Below the pieces are notes generated by a model, which worked only from the letters and a program-made list of their open reading frames with translations, was not told the DNA's origin and did not search any database. Below, piece by piece: positions 47,101 through 55,150 of a stretch of DNA of 64,000 nt (position 1 is its first letter; every line of letters begins with the position of its first letter). The DNA is taken from the NCBI GenBank assembly GCA_964187785.1, contig OZ076409.1, forward strand, positions 22,694,001-22,758,000, written 5' to 3'. The position numbers and the translations under genes are program-made. The DNA is from Amphiscolops sp. MND2022 (taxonomy: Eukaryota).

Positions 47101-49258
47101 TTTCAACCGATATTAAAAGCTTCAGTGTTTTACCTAGTTTGATAATATTATTTCAATATTTTCACGTGGTTATTCAATTCAATGTTTTTAATTCAATCCC
47201 ATTTCTTTTTCACAAACATATGTTCCGTTTCTTTATCACAGTAATGTAGGTGGTAGTGCGAATAACAGCAAAGTACTTGTAAACAAAATGGCTGTTTGTT
47301 TTACAACTTATTCATTCTCTTGACACTTTTGATAAGACTCTTACCAAGATTCCTATCAAGAATTTCAAGAGGGTTGTGTGAAGCAAGAATAAACAAGATC
47401 TTATCAAGAGTTTCAAGAGTAAACGGGAATATGTAAGAATATGCAAGATCTTGGCAAGAGTTTCAAGAGTTTCTACACTGGGGAGGAATGTCACAAGGTG
47501 TGAATATTTTGAAAAATAGTTTCATGATTTAAATTCATATTTTTTCTTTCAGCCCAAAATGAACGATGACGTGCTTCTTCTGGTTGGAAGCAGCAAAAGT
47601 GTGTACCTGAAAGTGTTCAATGGCAACTGTGAACAACTCTGGGAGTTCAACCTGGATGAGCCCAAGATCCAGGGTCGCAAATGGAGGCAGGTTCTTCTAA
47701 TCATTGATTTTGGCGGGACATACAGTTTTGTAGAAAAAACCTTCGTTTCATGTGTGTTTGTTCGAAAAATTTTCCGACTTGAAATAAGGTTCTGAATTTT
47801 TGCTACAATACTAATTGTACGATGTTGGAAAAAAATTCTAGCTCATAAAAACTCAATAGAAAATCAGAAGTAGTCTGAACCACATTTGAAATACCAACCT
47901 GAAACTTTATCGTAGCCGTAGATCCTTCAAACTGTCTTCCTAAAAAACTCTCGACTGTTATCTACAAAAATTTGATCGTGCATTTTTGATTTCCGAAGAA
48001 ACTATTCAACATTCCTGCATATTTGGGTTCTCGATATGAGGAATCTTGCAGTTAATACCATGACTGAAGTTACTTTGCATTAAAATGACGGTAAATTCGA
48101 TGGCGTCTCATCTGCATGGAAAATTTTCAAGAAAATTCATTTTCCCAATTCGGTTGGTTTGGACGTCTAATAAGTAAATTTAGTTCTGTTTTATTGAGTC
48201 GACTTATTGGATAAGTTACAAGTTTTCAAAAGCCCTTGAAAGGAGTTTTCATTTGCTTATATTCGGATTTACGTCCTAAACAGGTGAGGATTTATTAGAA
48301 TTATCGTCAGAATTTCGGAAGCCAGAATACGTTATCATAATTTTTCGCACAATTTTGCATACAAAATTTTTTCAGCAGGTTGAAGCATTTTGATTTTGAA
48401 AACGAGTAGAAATAGTCGTTTTTGGGTGAAAAGAGCCTTTATATTAAGTCTCGGCTGCTCCTAACAAAGGTATAGTGTTTTTTTATAATCTTAGAAATTT
48501 GTCCATCGTGATAAGATACGATCTTGGAATAATGTAATATCTTAGTAAGATCTTAATAAGAATGATTGGTTGCCAAGATGTAGTAAAAATTTGGCAAGAT
48601 CTTGCCAAGATAACCAAGATCCTAGTAAGAGGGTCAACCCGGGTACTATCTCCACATAACGAATTTTTGATGAATCTCTCAAGCAACTTGATAAAAGTTG
48701 AATGTAACAGGAAAGTTTAATGCATGAAAGTTTCTCTGAATTGTTCAGAAAGTCATGAAAAAATTGTCGGCAACTTTAAAGTGCATGTAAAAAATTAATG
48801 CAACTCCAAAAAGGACATGGAACCATATGATTACTTGCCTGGAAAGTATAGTTTGCATGGATTTCATGGAAAGTGTTGTTGTCATGATTTCATGTATACA
48901 ATCGCAAAGAATCGGGTTGATCATATACATGGTTACACGTATAGAAACTTGCTTGAAACTCTCATGAATCTGGATCCAGGAAGACACACTATTCGAGTTT
49001 TTTAATTAAAAACTTTTAAATCAAAATAAGGGAAAGTCTGTTTTTAGACCGCAGGACACCACTGTGGATAATGAAGGAAACTTCTTGGTACTCGACAGCA
49101 GCGGGAGAAAGGTGTTGATTTTCAACAAGGAGGGCAAGTACTGCAGTCAGTTTGACCCCTTCTCCATAAGGTCAGGTCAATGCTCCAGACTGGCTGTCAA
49201 CTCAGAAGGTCACGTGATTTTAATGGAAGCCTCAAGAGGACGGATATCACTATATTAA
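11076..49258 (+). CDS. TRIM-NHL protein gene (RING, B-box, coiled coil, 6 NHL repeats; NHL-1/Abba-like), 10 coding exons, ~687 aa
   Basis: join(11076-11145, 11488-11756, 25185-25389, 26505-26630, 36556-36984, 39122-39263, 40239-40434, 41271-41552, 47553-47686, 49048-49258) = 2064 nt. Every junction is phase-compatible, there is no internal stop, and domains are in canonical TRIM-NHL order. Confidence 0.85.
11488..11756 (+). CDS. TRIM-NHL exon 2 (remainder of RING, Asn/Ser-rich linker)
   Basis: Acceptor CCTTTTCTGTAG; PLIISCGDTFCRRC...CPCC; donor GTCAGT, phase 0. Confidence 0.88.
12848..13760. mobile_element. Non-autonomous TIR element with CCC...GGG termini and 2-bp TSD (CMC/EnSpm-like), nested in an older palindromic repeat
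   Basis: 12-bp TIR CCCGGGTTTCCC / GGGAAACCCGGG with TG on both flanks; internal ~33-bp repeats in both orientations. Host inverted arms near 12820 and 13920-13947. Confidence 0.8.
13947..14780 (-). mobile_element. Helentron-type (HINE) non-autonomous element cluster with three stacked 3' termini
   Basis: The terminal sequence AACAAGCCGGGAACGGCCCAAGT(C/T)GGCGC recurs at ~13947, ~14192 and ~14489. Confidence 0.75.
15731..16542. repeat. 180-bp higher-order tandem repeat (~4.5 copies) of six ~30-bp subunits
   Basis: Sequence recurs exactly every 180 nt. Subunits of 31/29/29/29/31/31 nt share a TAACGTCTAAAATCAC-like core. Confidence 0.95.
16545..17315. repeat. Older diverged ~170-178-bp tandem repeat (~4.5 copies)
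   Basis: A TGGTTTCCACTGTTCCCCAGTTTGCCCCAT-like motif recurs near 16550, 16726, 16904, 17076 and 17246. Confidence 0.8.
18701..19815 (+). mobile_element. Head-to-tail HINE array with 518-bp period
   Basis: 18701-19005 is essentially identical to 19219-19523. The HINE 5' end TTTTTAGTCGGCGC occurs at ~18982 and ~19500. Confidence 0.8.
21002..21684 (+). mobile_element. Complete Helentron-associated non-autonomous element (HINE/DINE-like)
   Basis: 5' T-run plus AGTCAGCGC; 3' GCGCCGACT plus hairpin GCCGG-TC-CCGGC plus TTGTT; no TSD. Internal GC-rich hairpin near 21492-21528. Confidence 0.8.
23833..24367. mobile_element. Foldback-type MITE with inverted arrays of a 17-bp unit
   Basis: GCGACAACTCATATCA(A/G) repeated at 23835-23953 and inverted at 24257-24367, around an AT-rich core. 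Confidence 0.8.
25185..25389 (+). CDS. TRIM-NHL exon 3 (B-box-like zinc finger)
   Basis: Acceptor TTCTGTTTAG, phase 0; CSGC...HCPHCGQAVCPVCK; donor AAG|GTAGCT, phase 1. Confidence 0.85.
26383..26484 (+). CDS. Candidate alternative exon 4a, paralogous to exon 4b
   Basis: TTGTCAG acceptor and CAAG|GTTGTT donor; 102 nt, phase 1 to phase 1. Encodes DSEHSLQSFERNHQS...AQREGQG, with the same EH-x5-ER-x-H-x-S pattern as exon 4b. Confidence 0.55.
26505..26630 (+). CDS. TRIM-NHL exon 4b (end of B-box, start of coiled coil)
   Basis: Acceptor TTTGTTTTCAG; GEHKMLVLERLHTS...AQLKLQG; phase 1 to phase 1. Confidence 0.85.
26654..26737. repeat. Perfect spacerless palindrome with 42-bp arms
   Basis: ACGAAAAAGGCCGTGGCTGTGATTTTAACAGCTCGGTGATAT followed by its exact reverse complement. 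Confidence 0.95.
26939..27724. mobile_element. Mutator/Foldback-like non-autonomous element with inverted 15-bp minisatellite arms
   Basis: TCATTTCACCCCA-based arrays at 26948-27118, inverted at 27498-27716. GGT...ACC termini; 9-bp TSD GCCAGACTC / GTCAGACTC. Confidence 0.8.
28739..28892. repeat. 33-bp minisatellite (~4.7 copies)
   Basis: GAGTATGCGGCATCATGCGGATTGACTACTGAC in tandem. Confidence 0.92.
29108..29749 (+). mobile_element. Probable solo or partial LTR containing a decayed gag-leader ORF
   Basis: Decayed coding segment MGNRRNRRSKELDSP...SEDEDDPLKASDMKE...EEDYH ends at ATCACA, paralleling the DEDHD/CGACA LTR end of Gypsy element 2. Left boundary (TGTGAT at 29108) is uncertain and no TSD was found. 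Confidence 0.45.
31866..32377 (-). mobile_element. Complete HINE-like element
   Basis: AACAAGCCGAGAACGGCCAAAGTCGGCGC at the left and GCGCCGACTAAAAA at the right. Confidence 0.8.
33677..35245 (+). mobile_element. 5'-truncated non-LTR retrotransposon (CR1/L2 group) with a 5' inverted duplication
   Basis: RT ORF runs to a stop at 34963; the 3' UTR ends AATAAA plus short CTTTCAA-type repeats. 33677-33803 is the reverse complement of 33811-33937. Confidence 0.9.
33803..34963 (+). pseudogene. LINE reverse transcriptase, C-terminal part (open frame, N-terminally truncated)
   Basis: [28 protein letters not shown], LFADD and KYLGVLID motifs. Confidence 0.93.
35379..35848 (+). mobile_element. Complete HINE-like element
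   Basis: TTTTTAGTCGGCGC ... GCGCCGACT-TAT-GCCGT-TC-ACGGC-TTGTT. Confidence 0.82.
36556..36984 (+). CDS. TRIM-NHL exon 5 (coiled coil)
   Basis: Acceptor ATTCACAG; helical DAEIQKIKAAIEKAKMLIIEEMDKRKESLIKEV...YGALK; donor AAG|GTTAAT; phase 1 to phase 1. Confidence 0.88.
39122..39263 (+). CDS. TRIM-NHL exon 6 (linker into the NHL domain)
   Basis: Acceptor CTTTCGTTTCAG, phase 1. The phase-2 donor CCG|GTTACA was chosen because it matches the next exon, so the exact donor is less certain. Confidence 0.7.
39482..39691. mobile_element. 210-bp MITE with CCC...GGG termini and TC TSD
   Basis: CCCAGTGTTCGAAACCATGG versus CCATGGCTTCGCACACTGGG; TC on both flanks; internal CTTG(A/C)CA(A/T)GAT repeats. Confidence 0.88.
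40239..40434 (+). CDS. TRIM-NHL exon 7 (NHL blade 1)
   Basis: Acceptor TTTGTTTGCAG; DYMCVLKDDRVAVSCMEESAVFVYD; donor AAG|GTATGA, phase 0. Confidence 0.85.
40920..41270 (+). repeat. Three diverged ~100-135-bp tandem copies of the intron 3' end before exon 8
   Basis: Each unit has CATGTTTC..TAGAATG and ends CATCCATGTTCCA; only the last copy ends in CAG. Confidence 0.8.
41271..41552 (+). CDS. TRIM-NHL exon 8 (NHL blades 2-3)
   Basis: Acceptor TGTTCCAG; ELVNPISLTASTNKIFVYD...IAIFDSSGKY; donor GTAGGT, phase 0. Confidence 0.88.
42672..43271 (-). mobile_element. Complete HINE-like element
   Basis: AACAAACCAGGAACCGCATAAGTCGGCGC ... GCGTCGACTAAAAA; internal sequence shared with the 21002 and 35379 copies. 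Confidence 0.8.
45161..45360. other. Assembly gap (200 N)
   Basis: Run of N within TRIM-NHL intron 8. Confidence 1.
46460..47482. mobile_element. CCC...GGG-type TIR element (GA TSD) enclosing a Tc1 fragment
   Basis: TCCAGTGTAAAAACTCTTG versus CAAGAGTTTCTACACTGGG; GA on both flanks; CAAGA(T/A)TCTT subterminal repeats. Confidence 0.75.
46720..47246 (+). pseudogene. Tc1/mariner transposase C-terminal remnant with right TIR
   Basis: YTNILAAHLLP...LLQQDNAPP; frameshifted WFLENGVDVLENWP/SPDLNII; end NRGGFNRY-stop at 47116; probable TIR end ...CACAGTAATG followed by TA. Confidence 0.85.
47553..47686 (+). CDS. TRIM-NHL exon 9 (NHL blade 4)
   Basis: Acceptor TTTTTCTTTCAG, phase 0; DVLLLVGSSKSVYLKVFNGNCEQLWEF. 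Ends at a GC donor (47687) or alternatively a GT donor (47691). Confidence 0.8.
49048..49258 (+). CDS. TRIM-NHL exon 10 (NHL blades 5-6, stop)
   Basis: PQDTTVDNEGNFLVLDSSGRKVLIFNKEGKY and RLAVNSEGHVILMEASRGRISLY-stop match the NHL consensus. Confidence 0.9.
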
Positions 49259-49467
49259 AAAGCATTCTTTTCATCGATTTTATTTCCAATCATTATACTC
49301 ACTTCTTTGTAATGATTTTAGTTTTTGCTACCTGAACGAGCTTCGAAAAAATTTGTAAATATTGTATTTTTACAGTTTTTTCTCTCAAAAGATATGATTC
49401 AGCTACGAAGAAAATTACAAGCTGCATTGAACTACAAGTTGCTGCATTGAGCTACAAGTTCATAGTG

Positions 49468-51875
49468 GAATTTTGATTGACTATATCTTCACTGATCGGT
49501 CACTTGAGTGTTTGAAAACTGTTATTTTTGAGACCCCTATTAAATCTAAACATTTAGCTACGGTTCTGATCTGCAACAAAACATCGAAGAAAAAACCCAA
49601 TTTATCCTTTAAAAATTATTTTCGAAAGAACATTTTGACAAAGATGTTTTTCGTGCTAAACTGAGAGAGCTCAATTGGAACCTTTTGTATACAATGAAGT
49701 CACCAGATGAAATGATGTTTCTTTTTCACTCAATGCTATCAAAAATCATTAATCAATGCGCTCCTCCCAAAACAGTCTTCATCAGGAAAAATAACCTGAA
49801 CGTTAAATTGAAGAGCGATGCAATAATCAAGAAAATGTTTGCTTCTACAACTTCGGAGAATGAGAAATGGAAAATAATAAACGATATTAGGAATTCAACA
49901 AATTCGAACACTTACATTCACAGACTAAAAATTTCTTTCGGTGAAATAGTGACGAATAATAAAAAAATGGCGGATTCAATGAACTATAGATTTTCTAGAT
50001 TGGGAGATTATTTCGGAAAGAATCAACCTCAGAATTATTGCAAGAGAAATGAAAACAATTTTTATTTTCGCTTCATAACCTCACAGGAAGGCAGAACTCA
50101 AATTATGAATCTCAGCGTTCATAAACTACTCGGTCCTTCTTCAATTCCAGCCTGGGCGCTTCGTGATGGATGTTCGGAATTGGTAGAGCCATTAACAATG
50201 ATTTTCAATTCATTTATTAGTCAATCTAGTTTTCCAACATTATTCAAGAAAACGATCGTGACACCTGTGTACAAAAAAGATGATCCTGAAAATCCTGACA
50301 ATTATCGACCCATATCCATAACGAGGGCAATATCTAAAGTTTTCGAAAAACTACTTCATAACCAAAATGAAACCTATGTGAATGGAAAAAAGCTATATAC
50401 TCCAACACAATTCGGTTTTAGGAAGAACTTTTCATCAATTGACGCTCTGTTGTACTGCACGGAAAAATTTTGATGCTACCTTGATGAAAATTTATTCGTT
50501 GCAGCGGTAATGCTAGACTTATCTAAAGCCTTCGACAGCATAAATCACGAAATACTGACCCATAAACTCAATTTATTGGGATTTTCCTCATCGGCCTGTA
50601 ATTTGATAAATTTTTTCTCGGATCAACGCATACAAAAAACTGTAGTTAACAATTATGAATCAGATTGGATTGAATTACATCAGGGTGTCCCACAAGGAAC
50701 AATACTTGGTCCACTACTTTTCAATCTCTACATTAATGATCTAAGGACGAATATTCCAGAAAATTGCGAAATAATCCAATACGCTGATGACACCATGCTC
50801 TTTACCGCCGATTCCAATCTAGACACTGCTTGTTCTAATATTGAAAAGGGCATTGAAAAAACTACTGAGTATTTCCAATCGCATTTTTTTGAAGTGAATG
50901 CTGACAAAACTGACCTGCTCATACTGAATAAACCCATCCACAACACCCTAACGGAAAAAAAGTCCATCAAAGTCTCAAATGAATCTATCATCCCATCATC
51001 AAATATTAAATATCTAGGTGTCATTTTAGACAGAAATCTTACCTTCCAGGATGAAGTCAAATCGATACTTCAGAAGATGGCATTTGGTATCAAGACAATA
51101 AATAGTATAAAAAACTGTCTTCCCATAAATACCCGGTTACTTTTAATGAAGGCAATTATCGTTACCCATATCCATTATCCTGCAGTACTCCTCAGTGGAA
51201 TATCATCCTCCTTGCTTATTTCCCTGGAAAAGCAATTAAGTTGGGGAGTGAAAATTTGTTTCAATCGAAGAAAATATGACCGCTCATCTGACCTCAAGTT
51301 TGATCATGGAATCTTACCGGTTAAGTTTCTTCTTGATCAAATTGCCATCTGTTTTCTCTGGAGAATTTTCCATAATATGAAGCCGGCGTACTTTTCAATT
51401 ACTTACCCTACTAACAGTTTTTGTATAAACAAAAGAACTTCATTAGCTTTTTAATCGTTTTTACAGATGTGTTTTCCTCCAAAAATGCTTTTTTGAAACC
51501 AGCAGTGATTTGCTCAAGAAATTTCATACCTTTTTCCGTGATACGTATAAACAAGAGCCTCCGGACAATTATAACTCCTATAAAAAACATGTGAAGTCCT
51601 ACTTAATGAAACAATTTGAAAAAGATAATTCAGTTGCAGCCTATGGAAAGGTTTCTTGGACAGACTTTAGATTTAGTTAATTATGTGTTAATTATGATCT
51701 TATGTGACTGTCTGTACGAAATTCTTAAAATTTGTAATACGCTACCCTTAAAAAGTTTATGTTGCAATTTAATAGCATACACTTTTTGGGAATTATAGTG
51801 TTTTTTTTTGAACTGCAAATGGCACATCATAGCCTCTTCTCGTCTCATTTTTTTCACAATCAAATCTGCCTAAAA
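49468..51875 (+). mobile_element. Decayed 5'-truncated non-LTR retrotransposon (CR1/L2 group)
   Basis: End of APE domain (LIDYIFTD); PVYKKDD...[43 protein letters not shown]. In-frame TGA at 50471 and frameshifts. Confidence 0.93.
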
Positions 51876-52470
51876 TGAACACAGACTTATTCTACAAAAG
51901 GCTACCATTAGTTTACACAAGCCCAGTGATTTTCAATTTTCTCGAAATTTCAGCTAGGAATTGTTTTTGAAGCTGTTCAACAAATTAAATTTTTTTCTGA
52001 CTAAACGGTCCCCCTTTTTGAGAAACTTTCTTCCAGTTTTTAAACAGAGTTAGCTTTCGATCCAAAGTGTCTAGAGATGGCCAAAGGGAACCTCTTAACA
52101 CTGTAACAATAAACCATTTTAAAAAACTGAATGTGAGGTTCCTTTTTTTGGCTTCTTTGTGTTTTGCGACTGAGCCACCTTTTGAAACAATTTGGTCCAT
52201 TTTTTTTCAAAGTTGGCATCAGATCTTAGGAGCTTCCTTTGGTCAGCAAAGGGCCGCGCAACTAATTTTGGAAAAAAATCCACTAAATGGTCTCATTTTC
52301 AATTTGTTGAAAAGTTCTCAGATATCAAAAAAAAATTCAAGACCGAATGATCACCCTTTCCATTTTTCCGGCATTGTAATACTTTTTAATTGTATTTGAA
52401 TTCCACCAGGGCAAGAGTTCATTTCAGAAGGGAGTCGAACTTCTGCATCCCATCAAATTTAAATGCCGTG

Positions 52471-54060
52471 TGTCGCAGGCTGCCTCCTGCGATGGTAATC
52501 AATACCAAGTTGCAGTCAGCGATCTGGATAACACTCCCCTAACTCCTGGAGTGTTGCCAATCTAGGCCGCGTGGACCATCAGTCCACGTTAAAAAGACTC
52601 TTATAAACTTTTAGCTCTTACAAGCTGGCCTAATACAATTTTATGCCGTTATGGACCGTAGGTCCGCTTGCCTTATTGCGACGTATATTCGCGTTGACAT
52701 TTTGGTATTTAACTTACAAGGTTTCAATATGATTTTAGTCTAGTTATCGATTTTGTGATGCATACATTTACACATGTATTTACGTACATATATACGCATA
52801 CCCAATGTTAACCAGAATAGCTTGATGCTTTAAGTTTGCGAAAGAACGTGATAAGATATTGCATAAAAGCAACTGGAAAGTTGGAAGGAAACGCGTTCGA
52901 ATTGTCCGCCACGTTGGTCAATTTGGACGCGTAGTCCGCTAATTATTCAACCATAGTACAGTGCTATAGTATTCTTTTTAGTCTCACTTAGTTATTTTGG
53001 ACTCACATGCTGGTCCGTTGCATGTAAATCATTTTTACTACAATGTAAACAAATTGATGTGAAGTGAATGTAATTGGGACTTGAAAGGCATGCCGCCTTT
53101 ACGCCCCCTCACTAGATCAACCCTTTCGCGACCCAAACAGTTCCTTTTTATATCCAAATGATGTAATGATGACGTATGATCCGCAAGGACATTATCCCTA
53201 GATTTGATACTTTTTTTAGAAGCTTGACACCAGGAAAAGTGCTTGTCATTCTCTCCAAAGTTTTTATACGAGGGTCACGTAGACCACAGGATGATGATCA
53301 TTATTGCTTACACACACCTGAGTATACTCACCTCTGATAAGCACGCTCTACGAATTGTATATGTGGAATTTAGACCTATAGTCCCAATCAACCAATTGAA
53401 CCTACCAGGAGAATAATACTGTTTGTTCACTATAGTTTTCAGTTCAAATCGTTATAAACTACATACGGCGATAAACTGTTGTCCAAAAATATTTCTTCAA
53501 TGCCCACAACTAGAAAATAGAAAGCAAAGGAAAGACGTTCTAGACAAGTGGACCTAAAGTCTAACTTAGAAATTGCAGACGTAATGTTGGGTTCCTATTC
53601 AAGGAAAAGCATTTCAGGAGATAGAAATGACCAAGTGGACTTCGGGCCCGACAGATCTAGACAAGACATAATTCAAAATAGCGAAGATTTCAGGTCACTT
53701 CTAAATCCAAATAGTAGAGAAACGAGTGAATCTACCATTGAAACCATGAGACTAGTAATTTCTGAAGTTTCCAAGAAAATTGATGAATTGAAAAGAGACT
53801 TAAACACTCAATTAGTGGAAACTCTTAATTCAGAAAATAGCGAGAAAGTCTTTCCGAATATCCAAAAAGACCAGTCAGAATTCTGTGTTTCAGGAAGAAG
53901 TGGACCATAGGTCCTGTAGACTTAGCAGGACCGCAAAAAGAGAAAAGAGCTGGGAATGCTTGGAAAACTAACTCAAAGCTTATTTCGGCCAACAGTAGTG
54001 AGCGTGACTCCGTTAGGGGAATCTCAAATGTTTCACAATCAAGTGATGAAGACCACGACA
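52471..54060 (+). repeat. 5' LTR of Gypsy element 2 (~1590 bp)
   Basis: Inverted termini TGTCG...CGACA; followed by AGGTGACAGGAG (a TGGTGACAGGAG-type PBS with first base changed); homologous to 62606 onward. Confidence 0.8.
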
Positions 54061-55150
54061 AGGTGACAGGAGCCAACCCTACAACTCGTACGGTTCCTGA
54101 TTTATTACTGGAAGTCCCATGCACTCCCGCATTGAACAACAAAATCCCCCACAAGGTCATTCTAAGGAGAATATCCCGTTGACCCCAGAGACCAGCGCCA
54201 ACGACAACTCTGATCCTATCAGGCGCCTTGCAGACGTGCTAGTCTGAATGAACAGCAAATCATCAGCACAAACACGGATGGTACACCCGGTCAGCACCAC
54301 AACACTTCTGATGCCAAATCAGAAAAAGTCAAACTCTTTGAAGACCTCTTTCATACCATGATAAAAATGCAGCCAGAAATGACGGAAATGATGAAAATAA
54401 ACCATTTTCATTCCCTATTAAGAAGAAATGTCCTATAAACGTTTCGTGATATTAGCACTGCTAATAGACAAACTTGTGGAAGATGTACTGGCGGTCTCCC
54501 GACGAAAGTACGCCAAACCATATTCCCAGGCAACTGCCAAGCACAAATGGCACAAATTGGTGTTTGTTCCAAACACTATGAAACTACCGGTTATTCTTGA
54601 GGAATTAAATCTGGGTGCGGAAAAGGCGTTCGGTGAAAACGCCCAGGCGATGATTGACAGCCTTTTATGCGCCAAATTGCTGCCAAAACTCAAAAGGTCA
54701 GTCAACATGGCACGACTGGAGAACGCCTCTTACGAGGAAATTGTTACCCATTTGGAGCGAGAACTAGAGCTCAATGGACTTGAGGGAGGTGACGACATTC
54801 CAGTACCCACAATGTCCACTGCCCCTACAGCAACACGACCGTGAACTGGTCTTCTTTCTTCGGGCATCACCTGCAGTTATTGCAAAAAACACGGGCATGT
54901 CAAGGACGACTGCCGAAATTTCAAAAGAAAGAAGGAACAGAAACGCAACGAAGGGGAGGATACCAAAAAGGGAAATCCAAAATGTCTGACTTGCGACAAA
55001 AACGAACCACCCGTTGAAAAAGCACCGGAGCCCACCTCAAACCCAAAAACCTCAAACTGGAGGACGCAAAACAAGACGTCGCATCCCCCAACCAAAATGA
55101 TACCAACAACAAGCAATTCACTTCTATTTTAAAAAACCCAAAAAACAAAC
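53500..55150 (+). pseudogene. gag of Gypsy element 2, beginning inside the LTR
   Basis: ATG at 53500 (MPTTRK*KAKERRSRQ...); capsid-like KHKWHKLVF...LERELELNGLE; knuckle CSYCKKHGHVKDDC; A-rich possible frameshift site near 55130-55147. Confidence 0.8.
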
